23,793 nucleotides of DNA from positions 1 through 23,793 of the forward strand of contig JBHGNT010000465.1 in assembly GCA_043228905.1 (NCBI GenBank), given 5' to 3'. Positions 8,529 to 16,708 of this stretch are shown one piece after another. Origin of the DNA: Azolla caroliniana. Taxonomy: Eukaryota; Plantae; Polypodiophyta. Below the pieces are notes generated by a model. That model worked only from the letters and a program-made list of their open reading frames with translations. It did not search any database and was not told the DNA's origin. The stretch's first letter is position 1. Every line of letters begins with the position of its first letter. A program made the translations under genes and the position numbers.

Positions 8529-8957
8529 TGTCAGGAATAGTACTAAAACAGAGATGGAATTAGTACTAAGAAGAGTAGTACTATTAGTACTAAGAGGACG
8601 GGACTGCGTAAGATTCCCGAGAGAGAGGAAGTGAGAAGAGGAGAGAGAGAGGGAAATAGGATGATGACAGCAGCTCTTATATTATATGAAAGATAAGTAC
8701 AAATCGACTAAGAGGCTTAAGACTGGTGTTGAACCAATTTGGTTCAACATAATGCTTAGTGCCTTCTTTTATAGTGTTCTCAGGAATAATCCTGAAGCTT
8801 CTAGAATGTTCCAGAGAAATCTGGAATATACATTACTTTCTTATAATAAAACATAAATGAAAATAATATTCTATGAATTACAATAGATGGTGAGATGGTT
8901 AAGAGCTCGACCCATATACCATAAGGTCATGGGTTCGAGTCTTGCCATCTCATGACA
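8529..8957 (-). repeat. 3' LTR of element B (429 bp)
   Basis: TGTCA...TGACA termini; matches 13766-14194. Confidence 0.98.
8881..8952 (+). other. tRNA-like Pol III A-box/B-box cassette at U3 end of B 3' LTR (antisense to element)
   Basis: TGGTGAGATGGTTAA (8888-8902), AGGTC (8924-8928) and GGTTCGAGTC (8932-8941) at canonical tRNA spacing. Confidence 0.6.
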
Positions 8958-8970
8958 CTATCTCCCCCTT
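8958..8970 (-). promoter_or_regulatory. Polypurine tract of B (AAGGGGGAGATAG)
   Basis: Lies between the pol stop and the 3' LTR. Confidence 0.9.
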
Positions 8971-11900
8971 AAAGACGACGAGTGGAACGAGTCAGCGCTA
9001 CTTGCGGACCGGGTTTGTCCGGATACTTTCGGTGGAAATCAGCAAGAAGATCTTGTGCATTGGCAACATTCTCGACGGGTTCCCAAGTACGTTCGCTCGG
9101 ACTATAACCGAGCCAATCGACCAAGTAATAGAGTTTGTTGCGAACAAGTTTGGAATCGAGGATGGCAGCAACTTCATACTCCGGGCCGGCGTCCAACTCC
9201 AGTGGGGGCGGCGGTGGTGTCACACGATCGGGAATGGTGTTTGCTTTATAAGGTTCAAGAAGAGAACAATGGAAAACCGGATGTATCTGAAGCTGCGGAG
9301 GGAGATCAAGGCGGAAGGTGACATCATTAATCTTCCCCGTAATACGGAAAGGACCGAGTCGTCGATAATCCAACTTGTCGCACGGTCGAGTAGTCTTGAT
9401 GTGACGACGTAAGAGCCATACTCGATCTCCGATGGCAAAAGAGGAGGGAATCCGATGACGATCCGCATAAGTCTTCTGTGTGTGTTGAGCATGACGAAGG
9501 TGAGTAGAGAGATCCATCTGGATCTTGCGTAACCTCTCCAAATGATCCTCGGCACGAGGGTTGGTAGGTAGCTCCGGAGTGTCGATCACCGACCAGCGAG
9601 GATGGAAACCGGTATAAGCGAAAAATGGGGAGACCCGAGTCGAGGAGTGAATAGCATTATTATACGCAAACTCCGCAAAGTGGAGAATCTCGGCCCAATC
9701 GTCCTGTTGATAACTCAGGAAACACCGGAGATATTGCTCCAGCGTTTGGTTTGTTCGTTCCGCCTGTCCGTCGGTTTGAGGATGGTAGCCGGAGGAGAGG
9801 TTGCAGGAGACCTTGAGCATCTTGAAGAGATGCTGCCAAAATTTGGAGACAAATTGCGGGCCTCGGTCACTGATAATACTGTCTGGGAGGCCATGATGCC
9901 GAAAAACCTCACGCATAACAAGAGCGGCGGTTTCCTCGCTAGTGATGGCTTTAGTACATGGCACAAAATGTGCCATCTTCGTATATCGATCGACGACGGT
10001 TAGGATAGCATCGAACCCTTTCGAGACCGGAAGATCTGTGATAAAATCAAGACAAATAGACTGCCATGGCTTACTTGGAATTGGTAAAGGTTCCAACAAG
10101 CCATATGGATGGTGTCGTGGCATCTTTGCTCGGCAGCAAGCATCACAGGTCCGAACGTAGTCGTCGACAAAACGGCGCATGTGGGGCCACCAAAAAGATC
10201 GCTGCACTAGCTCCAACGTCTTAGTACTACCGAAATGTCCCGCCGTATGGGTGTCGTGACAATGTTGGACAATTTGAAGGCGACAGGAGCAATCGGGGAC
10301 ATATACGCGCTTTTTAAAGAATAACAAACCATCATGATATTCGAATTGTCGGTAGTCAATACCTAGTTGTTGAGACTGAGAACAGGATGCCCGAGAAGTA
10401 TCAATGTGCGCCAGGATGTCTTGAGCAAAACTATCCGTCTTCAAGGTTGCACGTATGTCATCGGTAATCCGTGAATCCATCGGGGTGTGAAAAATCCGCG
10501 TCGTGTGCAATCGTGTTGGTCCCAAGATTACTTGCTTTTGATTATCAAATGTTGCTTCACCAGGACGAGGTGCAAGATATGAACGTCGTGATAGTGCATC
10601 TGCTTTTCCTTGCTGCTTCCCCGGTCGATATGTGATTTTGAAGTCGAAACGCGTGAGGAATTGCGCCCACCGAGCTTGCCGTCGATTTAGTACGCGAGCG
10701 TTCTGAAAATAAGCAAGATTTTTATGATCGCTGAAGACAATGACCTGATGTGGAGAGCCCTCTAAGAAATGCCGCCATTGTACAAATGAATCCACGATGG
10801 CTAATAACTCCTTGTCATGTATTTCGTAGTTGATTTCTGCGACATCGAATTTGCGCGAATGGAAAGCCACCGGATGCAACTCTTCTTTATCACCTTGTTG
10901 AGAAAGGATGCTACCGAGGGCGAAATCTGATGCGTCGGCCTCCATGATGAATGGTTTGCTTGTATCCACATGAGCTAGAATCGGTGCTGATGTAAAGGCT
11001 TTCTTAAGATGCCGAAAAGCCATATCTGCTTCAATGGACCAAAGAAATGCTTGGCCCTTCTTCGTAAGTTGTGTGAGAGGTAAAATAATCTTCGAGTAAT
11101 CCTGTATAAACTTACGGTAGAAGTTAGCAAAACCTAGAAAACATTGTACATCTCGTACCGACCGTGGAATTTGCCACTCTAGTACAGTTTGGATCTTAGC
11201 TGGATCCATGGCGATGCCCTTTGAGGAGATGACGTAGCCTAGAAATTCCACTTGCTTGCAGTCAAAGCTACATTTTTCTAGCTTGGCATAAAGACCATTC
11301 TCGCGGAGTCGCTTTAGTACTAATAGTACATGAGAGTCGTGCTCTTCCTGGGTCTTCGAATAAATCAACAGATCATCCAGATAAATGATCAAACAGGTAT
11401 CCAAGAGGTCTCTGAATATATCATTTGCCATGTGTTGGAAGACTGCGGGTGCATTGGTTAGGCCAAACGGCATAACAGTATACTCAAAATGCCCATACCG
11501 CGTGCGAAAAGCGGTCTTCCACTCATCTCCCGGTCGGATCCGCACGAGATTATACGCTCCGCGTAGGTCGATTTTAGTAAAAAACTTGGCACCATTAACT
11601 CGCTCTAAAAGACTTGATATAAGAGGAAGTGCATACCTATTCCGGATGGTGACTTTATTTAATCCGCGGTAATCAACGACAAGACGAAGTGAGCCATCTT
11701 TCTTCTTGACAAAGAAGATGGGTGCACCGGCCGGAGATTTCGAATGACGGATGAACCCGCTTGCCAAGTTCTCCTCTATGTAGGCTCGAAGGACTTCTAA
11801 CTCGGTGGGTGACAGGTTGTAAATTGGTCCCCATGGTGGCTCGGTTCCTGGTTGTAAATCGATGGGACAGTCATAGGGACGGTGATGAGGAAGGATACCG

Positions 11901-12550
11901 GCTTTTACCTTGTCAAATACATCGGCATAAGGATGATATTTTGCCGGAAGTTGTACTGAGGAGTCCTTCTTAATAGTGCTGGAAGGATGTACTGATATGG
12001 AAAATAGGAACATTGCCTCCTTGGGTCCTTCTTCGCGTAGTTGATGGAGTGAAATGGTCGAAACTCGGCGAGTTGATTCTTGGGGTGGTCGATATCGGAC
12101 TTCTCTTGTTCTCCAATCTATGGCTGGATTATGTAACTCAAGCCAAGGTAATCCTAGGACAATGGGATGCTCTGGACTACTAATTATATTAAATGATATT
12201 ATACACACAAAACTACCTAGGACAACTTGAATGGGTTCTGATTCTTCTACAATATTCCCGGAAGCAATGGGACGACCATCAATGACCACTACAAATGCGG
12301 GACAAGGAAGTTTTCTTAAGGATATCTGAGAAGCTTGGGCAAAATTTCGATCCATGAAACAGGAATTAGCTCCGGAATCTAAAAGTGCTAGGACGGGTAC
12401 TGGGGGAGTACTTTTAGTACTAACAATGACTTGGGCTAGGAACACATTGCTAACTTGCTTGGAAGGAATGGAACCACTAATGGGCTGTACAGATCTAGGG
12501 CTGCTGTCCAACCAAATGGCTCCTATTTTGGCTGGACTCAATCGTTTAAC
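8969..12550 (-). CDS. pol: Element B Pol: protease - RT - RNase H - integrase - chromodomain (entered by -1 frameshift)
   Basis: Motifs LLDSGA; [20 protein letters not shown]; DASD, DKELLAI, SDHKNL; HHCC, DFITDL, SDRGPQF, TDGQAER; GPF; chromodomain EYEVAAILD...YLVDWLGY...TWEP. No ATG at the start (the ORF track uses TTG 12541). Confidence 0.97.
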   Translation of the reverse strand, partial: VKRLSPAKIGAIWLDSSPRSVQPISGSIPSKQVSNVFLAQVIVSTKSTPPVPVLALLDSGANSCFMDRNFAQASQISLRKLPCPAFVVVIDGRPIASGNIVEESEPIQVVLGSFVCIISFNIISSPEHPIVLGLPWLELHNPAIDWRTREVRYRPPQESTRRVSTISLHQLREEGPKEAMFLFSISVHPSSTIKKDSSVQLPAKYHPYADVFDKVKAGILPHHRPYDCPIDLQPGTEPPWGPIYNLSPTELEVLRAYIEENLASGFIRHSKSPAGAPIFFVKKKDGSLRLVVDYRGLNKVTIRNRYALPLISSLLERVNGAKFFTKIDLRGAYNLVRIRPGDEWKTAFRTRYGHFEYTVMPFGLTNAPAVFQHMANDIFRDLLDTCLIIYLDDLLIYSKTQEEHDSHVLLVLKRLRENGLYAKLEKCSFDCKQVEFLGYVISSKGIAMDPAKIQTVLEWQIPRSVRDVQCFLGFANFYRKFIQDYSKIILPLTQLTKKGQAFLWSIEADMAFRHLKKAFTSAPILAHVDTSKPFIMEADASDFALGSILSQQGDKEELHPVAFHSRKFDVAEINYEIHDKELLAIVDSFVQWRHFLEGSPHQVIVFSDHKNLAYFQNARVLNRRQARWAQFLTRFDFKITYRPGKQQGKADALSRRSYLAPRPGEATFDNQKQVILGPTRLHTTRIFHTPMDSRITDDIRATLKTDSFAQDILAHIDTSRASCSQSQQLGIDYRQFEYHDGLLFFKKRVYVPDCSCRLQIVQHCHDTHTAGHFGSTKTLELVQRSFWWPHMRRFVDDYVRTCDACCRAKMPRHHPYGLLEPLPIPSKPWQSICLDFITDLPVSKGFDAILTVVDRYTKMAHFVPCTKAITSEETAALVMREVFRHHGLPDSIISDRGPQFVSKFWQHLFKMLKVSCNLSSGYHPQTDGQAERTNQTLEQYLRCFLSYQQDDWAEILHFAEFAYNNAIHSSTRVSPFFAYTGFHPRWSVIDTPELPTNPRAEDHLERLRKIQMDLSTHLRHAQHTQKTYADRHRIPSSFAIGDRVWLLRRHIKTTRPCDKLDYRRLGPFRITGKINDVTFRLDLPPQLQIHPVFHCSLLEPYKANTIPDRVTPPPPPLELDAGPEYEVAAILDSKLVRNKLYYLVDWLGYSPSERTWEPVENVANAQDLLADFHRKYPDKPGPQVALTRSTRRL
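12495..12550 (-). promoter_or_regulatory. Predicted -1 ribosomal frameshift signal of B (G_UUA_AAC + 11-bp stem-loop/possible pseudoknot)
   Basis: Heptamer 12550-12544 is in the gag frame. A 6-nt spacer contains the gag stop, then stem GTCCAGCCAAA/TTTGGTTGGAC. Pol is in the -1 frame and opens just upstream. Confidence 0.8.
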
Positions 12551-13695
12551 TCTTCATCTAATTGACTAAGGATTTCAAATTTATTTGAGATACTTGGGCT
12601 ATTAGTACTATGAATACTATCTGACACTCTATTAGTACTATTACTACTATCAGACACTCCGAAGGGAAGAATTGACTCAGGTTTAGTACAGGCGACAATT
12701 TGATTTACCTGTCTTCTTGGCCTATGGGGACAATTGATGGCGATATGTCCTGGTCCACCGCAATAAAGGCATAATCGATTGGCACGTCGTCGTTGCTTTT
12801 CTTCTTCCGATAACGGGCCGCGTCGACGCATGGTATCGATCTCCATCGGTGTCGAAGTATTTGCTTGAGGTATGTCTCGTGCAAACGGTTTAGCCGCGAC
12901 TGCGGCGTAAGTGGGCTCTGGCCTAGAGCGTGGTATCTGTAATTGACGTTCTGAACGCCGTTCAAAAAGGCGGTTGTCACATCGAACTGCTCGACTGATT
13001 GCCTCCGTAAGAGACTTTGGTTCTTCGGGGAAAGTTAGAAGTAGATCTTTGACATCGTTTCGCAAGCCATAGCGAAACTGCTCCATTAGTGCTTGATCAT
13101 CCCAGGGTATATCTGAAGCAAGTAGGCGGAAATCCGCCGCGTAGGCAGAGGCTGGACGATCGCCTTGACGCAATCGCCGGATCTTGTTGATCGCCGTCCT
13201 GATGCTGTCGGTGTCTCCAAAGCAGGCTTTAAACTCACCAATAAAATCTTCAAAGTTATTAAGCAAGGGCGATTGTTTTTCTAGAAGCGGAGCAAACCAT
13301 GCCAAGGCTGAGCCGCTAAGTAGCGTGCCTATTAGGCCGACTCGAGATGCATCAGTGGGATATCGGGAAGGATGCATCTGGATGACTAAGCGTACCTGAT
13401 TAAGGAATCCCCGAAATTGCGAACGCGTTCCATCAAATTTCACAGGAAGTCCAATCTTGGGCTCTTTATGAAATCCTTGGGGACTGGATCCTTGTTGTTG
13501 CAACGCTGCTTCGAGTTGTTGTACCCGTAACGCTAACTCCCCATGTTGTTGTTGCGTTTGTTGTTTTTCTAGAGCGATTTGTTGCAGATCCCCTATCAGC
13601 CGTTGGTTTTCTTGTTCCAAGGCAACAAACTTTTCTTTTAGGCACTGTAGCTCGGAGAAAACGGATTGGTATTCTTGGGCGCTAACAGTAGCCAT
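12538..13695 (-). CDS. gag: Element B Gag (385 aa)
   Basis: N-terminal Q-rich coiled coil, PVKFDGTRSQFRGFL, LRQG...YAADF (major homology region), PMEID, CCHC knuckle CLYCGGPGHIAINC. Confidence 0.97.
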   Translation of the reverse strand: MATVSAQEYQSVFSELQCLKEKFVALEQENQRLIGDLQQIALEKQQTQQQHGELALRVQQLEAALQQQGSSPQGFHKEPKIGLPVKFDGTRSQFRGFLNQVRLVIQMHPSRYPTDASRVGLIGTLLSGSALAWFAPLLEKQSPLLNNFEDFIGEFKACFGDTDSIRTAINKIRRLRQGDRPASAYAADFRLLASDIPWDDQALMEQFRYGLRNDVKDLLLTFPEEPKSLTEAISRAVRCDNRLFERRSERQLQIPRSRPEPTYAAVAAKPFARDIPQANTSTPMEIDTMRRRGPLSEEEKQRRRANRLCLYCGGPGHIAINCPHRPRRQVNQIVACTKPESILPFGVSDSSNSTNRVSDSIHSTNSPSISNKFEILSQLDEELND

Positions 13696-13751
13696 AGTAT
13701 AGGGGAAAGGGTAGGAAGATGAGGGAGAGTGACAAGTAGGCTAGAGGACCA

Positions 13752-13763
13752 AAATTGGTTCAA
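13752..13763 (-). promoter_or_regulatory. Self-priming PBS of B (TTGAACCAATTT)
   Basis: Lies 2 nt from the 5' LTR and has no TGG tRNA-type start. It is perfectly complementary to AAATTGGTTCAA (13977-13966) in the LTR, 33 nt downstream of the TATA start (TATAAAA, 14010-14004). Confidence 0.85.
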
Positions 13764-13765
13764 AC

Positions 13766-14194
13766 TGTCAGGAATAGTACTAAAACAGAGATGGAATTAG
13801 TACTAAGAAGAGTAGTACTATTAGTACTAAGAGGACGGGACTGCGTAAGATTCCCGAGAGAGAGGAAGTGAGAAGAGGAGAGAGAGAGGGAAATAGGATG
13901 ATGACAGCAGCTCTTATATTATATGAAAGATAAGTACAAATCGACTAAGAGGCTTAAGACTGGTGTTGAACCAATTTGGTTCAACATAATGCTTAGTGCC
14001 TTCTTTTATAGTGTTCTCAGGAATAATCCTGAAGCTTCTAGAATGTTCCAGAGAAATCTGGAATATACATTACTTTCTTATAATAAAACATAAATGAAAA
14101 TAATATTCTATGAATTACAATAGATGGTGAGATGGTTAAGAGCTCGACCCATATACCATAAGGTCATGGGTTCGAGTCTTGCCATCTCATGACA
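13766..14194 (-). repeat. 5' LTR of element B (429 bp)
   Basis: Matches 8529-8957. Contains the TATA box, a 23-bp palindrome (13964-13986) and the tRNA-like cassette (14118-14189). Confidence 0.98.
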
Positions 14195-14640
14195 TCGGCG
14201 GGTAGTGGTCCCGCGGCCGGTTTCACCTTCTTCTCCACGGTCTTGTATTTCGTACTTACCATTGCTTCTTCTTTGCGGAGCGCATCCGGCCCCATTTTCG
14301 CAACGATCTCGTACATCTCGACCGATTCCACCGGGACTACCCGGTTCCCTTGGCTTTTATCTTCCGCAAGCTCTTCAAGCCGTTGTAGTGTATTCCCATA
14401 GAACACTTCCTCGATTACTCCCACGATTTCTTCGTCTTCTTTTATTATTGATGCCGACCGTAACTTATCCTCCACTTGTCGGTATTGTTTCTTCATTCCT
14501 CCGGTTACAGCCGTGTACGTAGATGCCCCATCCGGGCCGATTCGTACTTGTTTTGCTCCGAGAGTTTTCTTCCTGTGTGGGGTATCAGGGCGTCTCGGAC
14601 TATCACTTCCCCACTCCGCAACAGTCCGCTTTAAAAATCC
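14195..14640 (-). CDS. pol: Family A Pol, 5' part (transframe/pre-RT region), truncated by insertion of B
   Basis: The -1 frame is open from 14640 (GFLKRTVAEW...) through MKKQYRQ...AAGPLPAD. It resumes at 8528 once B and one TSD copy are removed. Confidence 0.88.
14577..14640 (-). promoter_or_regulatory. Predicted -1 frameshift signal of family A (G_GAU_UUU + H-type pseudoknot)
   Basis: GGATTTT (14640-14634) is immediately followed by the ORF1 stop TAA. Stem CGGACTGTTGC/GTGATAGTCCG; loop GTGGGG pairs with CCCCAC (14582-14577). Confidence 0.8.
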
Positions 14641-16670
14641 ATTCTCACTTGGGACAAGAGTTCCCTCTTGTTCCTTTCGTGATTTGCCGGTACTGTTAGG
14701 AATTGGACGGATTTCCCTCCGTTTTGGCTCCGAATTCGCGCAAAAGCCGCACCACTATCGAGCACCTTCGTCTCCATCCGTGAAGCCGTGATAAAGGGTT
14801 GGCCGAGGATGACAGAATGTGAAACCTCATCCTGCACAAAGAAATTTTGGTCAATTTCGACATCCCCGATCTTTACCGTCACATCCGGACAAGCCGCAAA
14901 TAGGTCTTCTGTCGTTTTCGTGGCTGCCCGAATCTTCCATCCATGGTTGGTGTTTATAGGCCACTTCCCCTTTCGGTAGAACTCCTTGGACATCAAGTTG
15001 ATCTCCGATCCGTGATCAATCAATGCTAGCACGGGTTCTTTGATGTTGCCGATTCGGACCGGAGTCTCCGTAGTTGCACGTGCCCAGTGTGGCCTTGTAT
15101 AGTGGGAGTTCGGAATTTCGCCTTCCACTTCGGTGTCGTTCATCGAAACGGTATTTGCATTCACCCTTGGAGCATTTTCCTCCGTACTTTGTCTCTTCCT
15201 TTTCACGAGATCCACGAGAAGATCGTGAAACTCCTTCTTCGCTATTCCGAGTAGTTCCCGCAGCGAAAAATCTACCCGGCTATCCAAGATTCTTTCCTCG
15301 AACACTCTTTTCAAGTCGGTTTGTTGTTCTATGTCCGAGGCGAGCTTGAATGCCGGAGTCGCCTTTTCTTTTCCCTTACCTCCGGAGTTCCAGCTTTCCG
15401 GTATCTTCGATGGTCCGGCCGCATCCTCCGTGCGCCGTCGTTTCTCGTCCACATACACCTCATGTAATTGACACAGGGCGTATATGCTATTCTTGTCGAC
15501 AGGGCACTCCCATCCCGTAGCTTCCCGGACGCCTTCCGCGGCGTTTCGGATATCGTTGGAGTCGGTTTTCTCGGTGTTTCCTAGCACCTCCGCCCAGAAA
15601 GACGCCTTCGCTCCCGATGACTCCCCGACACATATTCCCGCGGTTGTCGCATAGTTGCTTCTTGCCGGTAACTCCTCCTCGAGCACCTTCTTCATGCCGC
15701 CTTTCCGGAAGTTCGGTCGGAGTGGCTTCCGAGAGTCCATCGAATGAATCCGGTTTCCCTCGTAGTAGATGAGATCCCGTCGTAGTGCCTCCTTATGGTC
15801 GTCGCAATCCCTCCGATCGTGTTCGGCGCTATCGCACCATATGCACCGTCGATCCGTATATTTGGAGCTTGTGGGGCGGTCATCCGACTTCTTCACCATC
15901 GCGATCTTTAGATTCTCCATCTCCTTCAGCAGCTGCTCCACCGTAGACGCGTCGACTCCCTTCTCGGCCGTAATCTCCCGAGCCCTCGGTTGATGGTCTT
16001 CCAGTCCCGTTCTCGGTTTCGGAATCGGTTCCGAAACCCTCTTTTCTTCGTTGGCAAGCCATTGCCCCCTCTTCGTGTACCGCGCTACGATATCCCGCAC
16101 GCTTTCCCATGTTTCGGTGAGGCCGCTTTCGGTGGTCGTGTCCTCAAGAAGCACTCCGAGATCTTTCCGGTCCCGGACGTCCACAGCTCGCAAAAACATG
16201 ATGACTTTGTCCGGTGCAAGAATAGTTTGATCTCTCGCGGACAACCTCCCGAACCGACTTTCGAATGTCGAAAACACTTCGAGGACCTTCAGCCCCTTAC
16301 CTGACGTTTCCACCCAATCCTCGAATCCCCTCCGCGTTGCCTTGGAGGAGTCCTCGATGGCAAACGTGGTCTTTAACGCCTCTTCGAATGCTTCCCACGT
16401 CGGATTTTGTTGTTGCAACCCGTGGATACTCCCTTGAAGCCCGTCGGTCGCCACCCGGTTAAAGGATGTCACTTGCAGTCCTTCCGAAGCCCGGCACCGG
16501 AGCATCTCCGCCTTGTAGTCCTGCAAATATCGCGACACATCCTTACCATTAAATTGCCCGTTGCGTTGCACGAGCCGCTCTACTGATGCCGAAATCTCCG
16601 ACATCGTGCGTTGTTCTTGAAGCATCCGTTCGAACATCGCCATCATATTGTTAGCTTGTTGAGCCTCCAT
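14631..16670 (-). CDS. gag: Family A Gag-protease polyprotein (679 aa from ATG)
   Basis: FNGKDVSRYL capsid-like start, CCHC knuckle CIWCDSAEHDRRDC, C-terminal retropepsin domain (ALIDHGSEINLM ... VILGQPF). Confidence 0.93.
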   Translation of the reverse strand: MEAQQANNMMAMFERMLQEQRTMSEISASVERLVQRNGQFNGKDVSRYLQDYKAEMLRCRASEGLQVTSFNRVATDGLQGSIHGLQQQNPTWEAFEEALKTTFAIEDSSKATRRGFEDWVETSGKGLKVLEVFSTFESRFGRLSARDQTILAPDKVIMFLRAVDVRDRKDLGVLLEDTTTESGLTETWESVRDIVARYTKRGQWLANEEKRVSEPIPKPRTGLEDHQPRAREITAEKGVDASTVEQLLKEMENLKIAMVKKSDDRPTSSKYTDRRCIWCDSAEHDRRDCDDHKEALRRDLIYYEGNRIHSMDSRKPLRPNFRKGGMKKVLEEELPARSNYATTAGICVGESSGAKASFWAEVLGNTEKTDSNDIRNAAEGVREATGWECPVDKNSIYALCQLHEVYVDEKRRRTEDAAGPSKIPESWNSGGKGKEKATPAFKLASDIEQQTDLKRVFEERILDSRVDFSLRELLGIAKKEFHDLLVDLVKRKRQSTEENAPRVNANTVSMNDTEVEGEIPNSHYTRPHWARATTETPVRIGNIKEPVLALIDHGSEINLMSKEFYRKGKWPINTNHGWKIRAATKTTEDLFAACPDVTVKIGDVEIDQNFFVQDEVSHSVILGQPFITASRMETKVLDSGAAFARIRSQNGGKSVQFLTVPANHERNKRELLSQVRMDF

Positions 16671-16686
16671 CTCCTTGCCACCCGTC

Positions 16687-16704
16687 TTCACGTCGGGTTC
16701 ACCA
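16687..16704 (-). promoter_or_regulatory. Primer binding site, tRNA-Trp type
   Basis: TGGTGAACCCGACGTGAA, 4 nt from the LTR; identical to the A1 PBS. Confidence 0.85.
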
Positions 16705-16708
16705 ACTG

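Larger units (their letters stand above)
8529..14194 (-). mobile_element. Intact Ty3/Gypsy chromovirus (Tcn1/Tf1-sushi-like, self-priming), element B, 5666 bp
   Basis: Two 429-bp LTRs with no difference seen. 5-bp TSD TCGGC at 8524-8528 and 14195-14199. Uninterrupted gag and pol with a chromodomain. Confidence 0.98.

Noticed and set aside
5630-8634. Antisense ORFs over pol and gag genes
   Set aside because: Shadow ORFs of long coding regions with no recognisable motifs.
8881-8952. Functional tRNA genes in the LTRs
   Set aside because: The acceptor, D, anticodon and T stems do not pair in either family, so these are kept only as tRNA-like cassettes.
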